From contig OZ024742.1 of the NCBI GenBank assembly GCA_964016885.1, forward strand, positions 147,622,001 to 147,686,000: DNA of 64,000 bases, given 5' to 3'. The DNA is from Eledone cirrhosa (taxonomy: Eukaryota). Of this stretch, positions 51,467 through 62,079 are shown piece by piece. Below the pieces are notes generated by a model. That model ran no database searches. It saw nothing but the letters and a program-made list of their open reading frames with translations, and was not told the origin of the DNA. The number at the start of each line of letters is the position of its first letter. Position 1 is the stretch's first letter. Position numbers and translations under genes: made by a program.

Positions 51467-53587
51467 CTAACAGTTAATGCTACTAGGGGTTAGACGAATA
51501 TTGTTTTTGAGAGTTTCCATGGGCATATTATTGTCCTGCCACTTCGTGTGACATGGTTGTGTGGTATGTGGTGTTTGAGGTGAAGGTGTTTGTGTGGGAC
51601 TGTATGTGCGAGATATGCCAGGCAATGATGTGAGATTTTCAGAGAAATCTTTCTTTGCTCTGTTAACGGATATTACCTCTTTTCGACCATTGACAGCCAC
51701 TGTAAAGTGTTTTGGTGTGTGCGAAAGCACACAAAAAGATCCATTATAAGGTGACGTAAGAGTTCCCTTGACGGAATCATTCCGTATGAAAACGTGTGTC
51801 CACGTAGAGATGTCCGATGGGACGGCAGAAGAATTAGATTGGTCACGAGGGTTCATTGATGGAAGATCCGAGAAATACGAACGAATGCTGGTGACATATG
51901 ATGCTGGGTCAAGATGTGATGAATCCACTGGTGCTAACATTTGTCCAGGAAGAGACAATGTAGTACCATAAAGAAGTTCAGCAGAAGAGAAACCTAAATC
52001 TGTCTTAATGGCAGAACGACAACCGAGAAGCACGATTGGCAAAAATTTGGTCCAACGTTGCAGATCAGGAGTAGCGCGAAGTGCAGCTTTCAACTGTCTA
52101 TGAAACCTCTCAACCATTCCATTGGAGGCTGGATGATAGCTGATCGTATGAATGTAATGAGCACCCAAGAGTCGTGATATTTTACGAAATAAGGAAGCTT
52201 CAAATTGGCGTCCACGATCCGTAGTTATTTTAGTAGAAATACCAAAGCGAGCAATCCAATTAGAAATGAAAGCTCGGGCAACGGACTCTGCTGTTATGTC
52301 CACTAAGGGTATGGCTTCAGGCCACCGAGAGAAACGATCGATACAAGTCAATATGTATGTGAACCCACGACTAACGGGCAATGGACCAACAATATCCATG
52401 TGAATATGACGGTAACGTGCGTCTGGCGGGCTGAATTTCCCAAGAGGAGCGCGGACATGACCATAAATCTTAGAGCATTGACACCTCGAACAAGAACGTG
52501 CCCAAGTGGTGATTAAATGACGCATATTAGGCCAGAGAAATCAAGCTGTAATAAGCTTCACCGTGGCAGCTATGCCGGGATGCGACAAGGAATGAAGTGC
52601 ATCAAAAACGGTACGTTGATGGCAATCTGAAACAAGTGGTCTGGGTGAGCCAGTAGAAATATCGCAAAGAATTTTTCCTTCAGCAGACGGAAGAGGTAAA
52701 TATTCAAATTTTCAGCAGGAAAACTGGGTAGAAGAAATGTCCAACGAATCCAAAGTAGGTTGGTCAGTTGCTATGGCAACCAAATCGATGTGTAGGAGAC
52801 GCAAGAGAACACACGGAAAGTCGAGATAATGCGTCCGCGGGTATGTTGGCAGCTCCAGCTATATGACGAATGTCACTGGTGTATTGGGATATGAGATCCA
52901 AATGTCTGTATGCCCTTGGAGAATATGTCGGACTTGGTTTGAAGAGCGAATGTGAGTGGTTCATGGTCTGTGAATACTGTGAACTCTCGATCTTCAAGAA
53001 GATGGTGGAAGTGTCTCACAGCAAGATAAACTGCTAAAAGCTCTCTGTCAAAAGTACTGTAACGTTGCTCTGTTGGTTTTAGTTGGCGTAAGAAAAACGC
53101 CAGTGGATGAACCTGGTGGTCGATCGTATGTTGCATGACTGCTCCAACAGCATGATCGGATGCGTCAACAGATAAAGAAAGTCTCGCGTTTGCAACAGGT
53201 TGGGCGAGTAAAGAAACTTCAGCCATCTCAGACTACAAAGTATCGGCAGAAAGTGAAATAGGAGCATCTTTGTTTTCCGCAGCCTTTAAAAACTGTGTCA
53301 TGGGGAACAACTTGTCCGCACAGTTAGGAATGAAGCAACGATAAAAGTTAATTAATCCCAAGCAATGACGTAATTGTTTCAGGGAGGTGGGTAGTGCAAT
53401 ATGCTGAATTGCTTCTACCTTAGATGGCAAAGGTCGTATGCCTTCTGAATCTATCAGATGTCCAAGGAATTCCAGTGAATCTGTACCAAACACACATTTA
53501 GCTGGGTTGATTCTGATTTGGTACGATTGGAGACGTTGAAATAACTGAGATAGATGTTGATGATGGTGTTCATCCAAATCACTGGCT
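51467..53587 (-). pseudogene. pol: Element B pol remnant: C-terminal RT, RNase H, integrase
   Basis: ORFs 53233-53577 (KCVFG..FLGH), 52873-53226 (VDASDHAVGAV, RELLA) and 51467-52525 ([26 protein letters not shown]), with stops between them. Confidence 0.9.
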
Positions 53588-53626
53588 ATCGGAAGGTTGC
53601 GTGTTCATATCACGTCGGGGTCACCA
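53588..53626 (+). other. 39-nt copy of the tRNA-Trp 3' half including CCA (extended primer-binding site of element B)
   Basis: ATCGGAAGGTTGCGTGTTCATATCACGTCGGGGTCACCA matches recalled metazoan tRNA-Trp(CCA) positions 38-76; canonical 18-nt PBS is 53609-53626. Confidence 0.88.
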
Positions 53627-54508
53627 CTTTGGTGAATTGGTCACAGCGTTATTTACTTTGGTAAATGCCACTGCAAGCCAACCACTAATTTAATTTGTTA
53701 CAGATATTAGGTTAACAAACTCACTCGTGAGTGAACTGTCCGAGAGTCGGTCGCCAAATAAGCCAAGATGTCTCTTTTCTCCCTCCTTTATAATCCCGAG
53801 ACCGAAGTTCAAGGTATCTTCTAGAATTCAACGGGAAGTAACTCCAATTAGTTTTTTCTCCCCGGGCAAGGTGGCGCTAGTCGCTACATGTGTAACAAAT
53901 TATCCTTTCGTGAATTTTGCTATGGTATGAAAATACGCCGTATTTTCATAATTTCCGATATAAATTTACCAAACACTATGATGTTACTCTCAGCTAAGAC
54001 AGCAACTATACAATCTCCATTTTTGACCAGTCAGACACAGGCTGAAGCTGTCACAGCTTTATTTCCTTACTCTCTTTTCAAACATCACTTAGCCTGTTTC
54101 TCTCTAAAACGATGTACAATACAACATAGTTTGCCTCAATACAACTTCACCTAAAAACATTGTAAAGAAAATACTTTCTGTGAATTCTATTTCAATATAA
54201 TGTTAATATGGTTTTGTAGAATTCCATGGCTAAAATAAATATTTCAAATGTAGTTTTGTTTCCTTTATGCTCATTATTCGCTCAGATACTAATGAGGTAA
54301 TGCTGGAGTTATGAGAAAATACACCCACTATACTCTGTAATGCATCATGCTGGTACTGCAATAAAATACACCTGGTGTACTCAGTGAAGTGGTTGGTGAT
54401 AGGAAGGGCATCTAGATATAAACTATGGTAAGTATGAGCTAGATGTGGTTCTCAGACCAATACAGTCCTGTCCACCCTATGGCAGTATGGAAAGCAGATG
54501 TAAATGAT

Positions 54509-54682
54509 GTGTATGGTGGGTCGTACGCCATGCTTTGACGCAATGAGTTACGGCCCTTTCCATTCTGAGTTCAAATCCCGCCAAGGTTAACTTTGCCTTT
54601 CATCCTTACAGGGTCGATAAAATAAAGTACTAGTAATGCACTGGGTAATTGCTGGCTTTGTGCCAAAAGTAGAAACAATTAT
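54509..54682 (+). mobile_element. tRNA-derived SINE, plus strand
   Basis: GAGTTCAAATCCCGCC B-box, core and GTAGAAACAATTAT tail; absent in other units. Confidence 0.8.
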
Positions 54683-54693
54683 CATATTATACA

Positions 54694-56051
54694 CTAGCAG
54701 TGGTACGCAGCGTTTCATGGTAAAGGTATTTTGGAACGGTGGCTGCCAACGGACCTAAGTGTGGAAAAACTGCATGCTTCGACAATATGTAAAGAAAATA
54801 AACCGAATGCTCTGATGGCTGGATAATCTTTAAGATATTCCTCGATGAAGCCAGAAAAATGCAGGTTTTCACCTAAAAAGATGAATTTTTTTTATGTACA
54901 TAATATGCCTTGAAATTTCGGGAAAAATCGGCTAGTCGTAACACCTAAAAACTGAAGTTTTTTAGCCAATGCGGGCCCTAGGCCATAAAAAAGTTGGATT
55001 ACCTTTGCTCATGGTATGAAGAAGCGATTGACTAATACAGTTACAATTACAAGGAAATCGGTCTGACGTAACGCCTCAAAATACGCTTAAAAAACCTAAA
55101 AAAAAACGCAGTTTTTCACCAAATGTTGGCCCTAGGGGATCAAATGCTAGTCATTTATAATTCTTACAAAGTATAAAATTTCCACACCAAAAAGGTATAC
55201 AATACTTTATTTCTTAAGTAATTCGCATAAAAATATAAAATCAAAACAAAAAAAAATATATATATATATAGATTTTCTACAATAACTATGTATATATATA
55301 GTAGCTGTAAAAAAGCAACACTGTGAAAACTGAAGCTATTATAGCGATGTTTTTCTTTACCGGCTTTAACTTTTAGTGTTGTGTGAAATATATAACCTGC
55401 AAACCTGATTTTTTAATCGCAGCAAGATCGACTTTATTTCACTTGCTCCACTAAAGGTTGGATTACGGTATGAAGAAGAGACTGACTAATACATAGTTAC
55501 CAGCTTTCATTTATAGTGTTGTGTGAATTATATAACCGCCTTAGCTAAGCTTACTATTGCCACAACCACGGCTGGCAAAGAAGTAAGGGGCTGGTGGTAC
55601 GTAAGTAAGCAACACTGTGGCTTAAAACGTGAGGAAGAAATTGTGTGCACTTACCAACTGTTTGGGGAATGAGTGTGAGATTTGTCTTGAGCAAGGGTGG
55701 CTAAATAACCGGAGGCATGGGCCGTAACTGACGTAATGCAGACAGCCAGACATACAGACAGATATTATAAGGGCGCGTTCTGGACGCAGAGGGAATTGTA
55801 GGAAGTGACGTAATGCAGACAGCAAGATGTACAGACAGATATTATAAGTATCTATCTAAAAAGAGAAAGACTAGGAATTATAGACAGAGAGCGCTAAATC
55901 GCCTAATGCGGTCCCTAGGGCATTGAAAATTTTTTTTTCTCAGAACACTCCCTGAAACATGTATTACATGTGTAAAGTTTGAAAACAGTCGGTTGGGTGC
56001 TTCTCGAGTTTTAGGGGATTCAAACTCACATCCTCAGTTTATATATATAGA
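54694..56051 (-). mobile_element. Non-autonomous Helitron (more diverged copy)
   Basis: TC and CTAG termini present, hairpin degenerate. Confidence 0.8.
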
Positions 56052-56206
56052 TTATGATATTTGAGGTTTGTGTTATGTTTGTTCTAGATATAAATAACAC
56101 AGTATCACACATGTAGGTTTTTATACTATAATATATATCATATTTTAACATTATCAGTGACTGGGAAATATATTCATTTTAAACTGCTTCTCAACCCACC
56201 AACTTT

Positions 56207-56465
56207 CTACATCACATTTTCACTAGATAACTACCATCAACCACTGACTACATCACATTTTCACTAGATAACTACCATCAACCACTGACTACATCACATT
56301 TTCACTAGATAACTACCATCAACCACTGACTACATCACATTTTCACTAGATAACTACCATCAACCACTGACTACATCGCATGTTCAATAGATAACTACCA
56401 TCAACCATTAACAACATTGCATGTTCAATAACCACCATCAACCACTAAATACATTGCGTGTTTAT
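56207..56465. repeat. 41-bp minisatellite, ~5 copies
   Basis: Direct count. Confidence 0.95.
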
Positions 56466-56681
56466 TATATAACCATCATTTAATGTAAAAAGATATCCTA
56501 TTGTTTATCTCTCACTCACTACATGATAACCTCTCATATCTAGTATTTAGTTTCAAATATTGCCAACAAATTATATAGCTTACAAGTAAACAGTAAATAT
56601 TTCAGTTTAAAGAAATGTTTAACTTTTATCATATATTGAACTGTGAATTATATAGTTTATAGTTGTGTCAGGATAAATAAT

Positions 56682-56854
56682 TGTTTCTACTTTCGACACA
56701 AGGCCAGTAATTACTCAGTACATTACTGCTACTTTATTTTATCGACCTCGTAAGGATGAAAGGCAAAGTTAACCTCGGCGGGATTTGAACTCAGATTGTA
56801 AAGGGACGTAACTATGCTGGAAAGCATGTCCGACCCTCTACCAATCCACCGCCT
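56682..56854 (-). mobile_element. Full-length tRNA-derived SINE
   Basis: TSD TTGTGTCAGGAWAAATAAT at 56663-56681 and 56855-56873; empty site in other units. Confidence 0.85.
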
Positions 56855-57501
56855 TTGTGTCAGGAAAAATAATGACAGAATAATTTAAGAATAAATAATT
56901 TATATTTAGATTTAGCGTGATGAAGATTATTCACACATGTATGTGGTCAAAACTCACAATTCTGGGATTGACAGTTAAGATGACAAAAGATTGAGAAAAT
57001 TTAGTGATAATTTGTATGACAGACATATCAAACCCACACAAGCCTGCTGAGTGGACATTAAACCATTAATATTTATATACATATAAAAATGAGAAAGCTC
57101 ATCGCTAGAACAGCTGTTAAGACATCTAAATTCTGTCAAAGACAACAATGGACAAAAATTCCTGAGGACAGAGACCAGTGGCCAACAATCCACAAGGTGG
57201 CTCACAGGCAGATGAAATATAGAAAAGATTGGAAGAGGACAAAGAGAAGTGTGTTGGTGCATAGAAGTGACAGGCAGAAGGAAATAAAGAGAATGTACAA
57301 GACAAGTTTACAAACACACATCTATCATCACCCTCATCAGCAAAAGGTTTTTCACAATTTCTAATATAACTGAACAGTGCCATTGTCCTTTATTTATGAC
57401 AGTGATTTCTCAGATATAATTATATAAAATAGTGTTGGAAGGTATATATTCTTTCTTCTGTAAATGGTTATATAAGTTTTATTGTTTTCTCAAATGGCTT
57501 A

Positions 57502-57563
57502 TGTAACAGTTGATTTTTCCTCTGTAACAGTTGATCTTTCCTTTGTAACAGTTGATCTTTCCT
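57502..57563. repeat. 21-bp tandem triplication (TGTAACAGTTGATCTTTCCTT) next to a deletion in the ZNF-6 distal 3' flank
   Basis: Three adjacent copies; single copy in units 2-5. Confidence 0.8.
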
Positions 57564-58542
57564 TATTAATAATCCACTATCCATCATGTCCAGCAATGCC
57601 CACTAAGTTGATACCACCCTTCATTCTTTCATAATCTTTGTCAGTAAGTATCTTTAACATATAAACTTAACATTTTACATCAAGCCACGCACATACTATT
57701 AAGGGAGACCACAAAAATGGGGTTGCCAATCTTGATTCCTTCAACAACAGAAAAAAAGCACTGCTCATTTCAAGAAAATATTGCACCACTCCCTTCTATT
57801 TTCACTATTGATTACATTTGCCTTGAAACAAGATGACCTCCTTGGTGTTGGTGCAATTATAAAATGCATTTGGTACTCTGTAGTGTCTGGCATTCAAATA
57901 ACATAGGGTAGAGATAACTCTTCAGTTACATCAAAGATATGACACCTTAGTGCTGGTACCAGTGTACTATATAAAGTGGTTGATATTAGGAGGACATCTG
58001 GCTGTAGAAACCAGTTTCTGATTCTAATAGGAAGACAGTAGCTCTGTGTATATAATGACCTGATCTGTTAGAAAACTTCATCACCATCATATTTTAACGT
58101 CCATCTTCTACACTAGCATGGGTTGGATGGTTTTATCCCACTAGAGGTGAGATTGATCGGGAGACCATGTCTTACTTGTACAGAACTGTTTCTGGCAGGT
58201 TTTCTACGGCTGGATGCCCTTCCTAATACCAACCACATTTACAGTGTGGACTGGGAGCGTTTTTACCATGTCTTCTACACGACCACTCTACAGTGTGGAC
58301 TTGATGCTTTTTGTCAAGTCACCTACACGACCACTTTACAGTGGACGGAAATGGGAGGTTGGAGTGGCGTGTGTGGCGTTGGGTGTATTTTGGCTTAAGA
58401 GGTGCCTACTTCCAATCTATGCCAAAATAAAGAAACAAATGTAAAATGATAATGAAGGTCATAGTAAGGTGGTTAGTCTCCAGTACACACATATTTGGTG
58501 AAGTTAACTTTTTCGTAGAATTATTTACCAGATTTACTAGTA

Positions 58543-58850
58543 TCATTTCTTTCTGTTATGAATGAATTTGTGAGAAGTTAAATTACATTTCACAGAAAAT
58601 GATCTATCACATCTATCACAGTGATATGGCTTCACTCCTGTATGAACACGTTTGTGAGATTTGAAGTGATCATTTAGTGTGAATAATTTACCACAGATAT
58701 CAGTGATATGGTTTTTTTTCTCCCGTATGAATACGTTTGTATCTAATTGATCCTTTCGAGAAAATGATTTACCAGATATCACGATATGGTTTCTTTCCTG
58801 TATGTGTGCGATTGTGAGAAGTTAATTCACTATTTCTACAGAATGACTTA
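58543..58850 (-). pseudogene. Decayed C-terminal four fingers of ZNF-6
   Basis: Remnants of [14 protein letters not shown], NDHxKS and VKCNLTS fingers interrupted by several 2-4 bp deletions; ends at the ancestral RKK* stop. Confidence 0.85.
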
Positions 58851-60152
58851 CTAGATTTCACAATGATATGGCTTTTCTCCTGTATGTATACGTTTGTGTT
58901 TTGTTAAAGAATTTCCATGAGAGAATGCTTCATCACAGATATCACAGTGATATGGTTTCTCTCCTGTATGAACACGCTTGTGACTAGCTACGTTACCTTT
59001 TCTAGAGAATGATTTACCACAGATATCACAGTGATATGGCTTCTCTCCTGTATGAATGAGTTTGTGATTAACTAAGTGAAGTCTGTGAGAGAATGATTTA
59101 CCACAGATATCACACTGATATGGTCTCTCCCCCGAATGTGTGTTTTTGTGGTCAGTTAAATAATCTTTTCGAGAAAATGACTTACTGCAGATATTACACT
59201 GATATGGCTTCTCTCCTGTATGAATACGTTTGTGGACGGTTAAAACATATCCTTCAGAAAATGATTTACCACAGATATCACAATGAAATGGTTTCTCTCC
59301 TGTATGGATACGTGTATGGCTAGTTAAGGCAGCTCCTGCAGAGAATGAGTTACCACAGATATCACAATGATATGGCCTCTCTCCTGTATGAATACGTTCG
59401 TGAGTAGTCATGTTACTTTTTTGAAAGAATGATTTGCTGCAGAAATCACAGTGATATGGCTTCTCTCCTGTATGAATTCTTATATGGTTAGTTAAGTCAC
59501 TTTTTTGTGAGAATGATTTAACACAGATATTGCAGTGATATGGTTTTTCTCCAGTATGTATACGTTTGTGGTTTGTTAAGGCATTTCTTACAGAGAATGT
59601 CTTGCCACATATATCACAGTGATATGGTCTTTCTCCTGTATGAATACGTGTATGGCCAGTTAAGGCATTTCTTTCAGAGAATGATTTACCACAGATATCA
59701 CAGTGATATGGCTTTTCTCCAGTGTGAGTACGTTTATGGCTAGTTAGGCCATTTCCATCAGAGAATGATTTACCACAGATATCACAGTGATATGGTTTTT
59801 CTCCTGTATGAATACGTTTGTGTCCAGTTAAAGTATTTCCGTGAGAGAATGATTTACCACAGATATCACAGTGATATGGTTTTTCGCCTGTATGAATGCG
59901 TTTATGAGAAATTACAGAATCTTTCCGAGAGAATGATCTACCACAGATATCACAGTGATATGGTTTTGCATTTGTATGAACGCTTTTGTGAGTAGTTACA
60001 TAATCTTTCCGAGAGAATGATCTACCACAGATATCACAGTGATATGGTTTTGCATTTGTATGAGTTTGTTTATGCTTAGTCAAGTCATTCCTTTGAGAGA
60101 ATGATTTTTTACACATATTACTGTCGTATGATTTTCCCGTATTTTTCGGCAT
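58851..60152 (-). CDS. C2H2 zinc-finger protein ZNF-6, truncated after 15 fingers (truncated gene or young pseudogene)
   Basis: 433-aa ORF ending CEI*; a 2-bp deletion (cttactacagatttca > cttactagatttca) creates TAG in finger 16. Confidence 0.7.
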   Translation of the reverse strand: MPKNTGKSYDSNMCKKSFSQRNDLTKHKQTHTNAKPYHCDICGRSFSRKDYVTTHKSVHTNAKPYHCDICGRSFSRKDSVISHKRIHTGEKPYHCDICGKSFSHGNTLTGHKRIHTGEKPYHCDICGKSFSDGNGLTSHKRTHTGEKPYHCDICGKSFSERNALTGHTRIHTGERPYHCDICGKTFSVRNALTNHKRIHTGEKPYHCNICVKSFSQKSDLTNHIRIHTGEKPYHCDFCSKSFFQKSNMTTHERIHTGERPYHCDICGNSFSAGAALTSHTRIHTGEKPFHCDICGKSFSEGYVLTVHKRIHTGEKPYQCNICSKSFSRKDYLTDHKNTHSGERPYQCDICGKSFSHRLHLVNHKLIHTGEKPYHCDICGKSFSRKGNVASHKRVHTGEKPYHCDICDEAFSHGNSLTKHKRIHTGEKPYHCEI

Positions 60153-60624
60153 CTTTGTAGTAATAATCCTTTAAATCACTCTTGTCACCACAATATATAG
60201 ATAATTTTCTTTTTATATTTTATTTCTACAGCTACATTTCCATCAACTATAGTCTTTGTCAATATCTGAAAATCCTGTACACTCCTTTGTAAGTATGTTT
60301 AAGTTTAATGAGAATGAAAAATCACCCTGAACATAATCCAGTCAGTGAAATAGAGAAATGTTGCTATTAATCTCAGTTTAGAGGAAATAGTTCACAGTAA
60401 TTCTACCACAGATTAATAGAAACACAATTATATCTGTTGTATATAAGTCCTTCCTTTAGTCTTTAAAGATGATAAATATTGATGACACTGTTAAAGTAAA
60501 AACGTTATTCTGAAATAATAAAGAAACAGTAAAAGATATAAGTGGATATTAAAAAGTAAAGATTCAACAATAGAAATTTTACTACTTTTTCATATTCATA
60601 AACTGTAAACTTTTACCTACACTA

Positions 60625-61990
60625 AGCTTATGAAGAAATTGGGTATATTACTGCACAAGTTACTGCAATTTTTACACTTAATTCAGCCTCCTGCCTTCCA
60701 TCACCCATGAACATGGACCCAAGATACTTGAACTTCTCCACCTGCTTCAGTGGAACTCCCCTCACAAGTAGAGTGCACTGTGCAGCTTCTTTGAGAGGAT
60801 GAGTGTCTGTCTTTGTAGCATTGATTTTCATCCCTATGGTGTAGCACTCAGCATGAAAGCTATCACGTGCATGTTGATGGTCACCTTCTGATGAGCTAAG
60901 TAATACCATGCCGTCTGAAAATTCCAGCTGACTGATCTTACTCATGTCAGTATTGATACCACTTCCATCCCGGCTGTGTATATCAACTCAGTTCATGAAG
61001 ATTATGAACAGAAGAGGCGACATCTTGCACCTTTGGCGACCTTCAAATTTCACATTAAATGGTTTCAATTTAGCACCATTTATCCGAACACAAATACTTC
61101 AGCATTCATATAGACATCAGGGTAACATGAAGTTGTATATAGATCCCATACTCCTGCAGAACCTTCTACAACAGGTTCTGTGGAATATGGTTGTATGTCT
61201 TTTCAAAGCAAGCATACACCTCTTAGCAATACTCTCACGATTTCTCAAAGACCTGCTGCAGTGTGAATATTTGATTGGCTGTTTTGCATCAGGGGATCAT
61301 TGATTTTGTAACCTCAGCTTCTCGGAGATTAGTAATCAGTCCCAAATGTACATCAGAAGATACTGTTGCAACCGGGTTTAGATCAGCAGAGCATTCTCTT
61401 CACCTCGCGCGGATGCTCCTCTCAGAACAGAGAATACCAGATGCATTCCTGATAGGTGTGAAGGACTTCTTATTACAAAGTCGGTGGATGATCTACCAAA
61501 ACACTATTTGCTGATCTGAAGTTGGATTCCTGCTTAACACGAAAGTCTTCGCATGTCTTAACTTTGGACACCTTTACTGTGTCTGCTGTGACTTTTTGCA
61601 CCTGCTTGTACTGCATGCGCAAGGAGGACTTATTTCCAAGCCAAGCTTTGCAGGCCGCCTTCTTTGACCTTTTGACTGAACCACGGGGTCCTCCTGTCAC
61701 CCTGCACCACACCAAGTTGCTTTCATCTGTAGCATTTAACAGCTGAAACAGAAACTGACAATTTAAACAGTCTCCACTCCACTCAGTTTGCTCAGAGAGT
61801 TCTCTGAATTTGGATGCAATAACATCCGCATAACTGGTCCTGACTTCCTTATTCACCAAAACTTCCCACTTTATCCTATAGGTCGACCTGGACCTGCTCA
61901 TTTTGTCGGATTTTTCGGCTTTAGGTAGTCTCAAATTGCAGATCAGTTGACAGTTCCCCCCCTCTCTTAATACGAAGATCCAGCACAAAA
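60625..61990 (-). mobile_element. RTE-clade LINE fragment (duplicated with the unit)
   Basis: ORFs 60628-60945 and 61473-61994; third internal-deletion variant. Confidence 0.85.
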
Positions 61991-62079
61991 TCAAAGATAT
62001 ATATAATAACCTTAATGCTTTGATTTACTGAATATTTTCCATGTGTTTGCAGTGTGCAAAACGCAAATTTGTAAACGTT

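Larger units (their letters stand above)
51015..53888 (-). mobile_element. Gypsy LTR retrotransposon B (CsRn1/Kabuki-like), gag, PR and N-terminal RT deleted
   Basis: LTRs 51015-51276 and 53628-53888; 4-bp TSD TGTG (51011-51014, 53889-53892); PPT GGAGGGGGAGCCT next to the 3' LTR; tRNA-Trp PBS. Confidence 0.95.

Noticed and set aside
53588-53626. tRNA-Trp gene
   Set aside because: Only the 3' half, includes encoded CCA and abuts an LTR; it is primer-derived, not a gene
2700-56854. Most TEs lie on the minus strand (piRNA-cluster-like bias)
   Set aside because: Most copies are duplicates of a few events; about 7 minus vs 2 plus independent insertions is too few to support a bias
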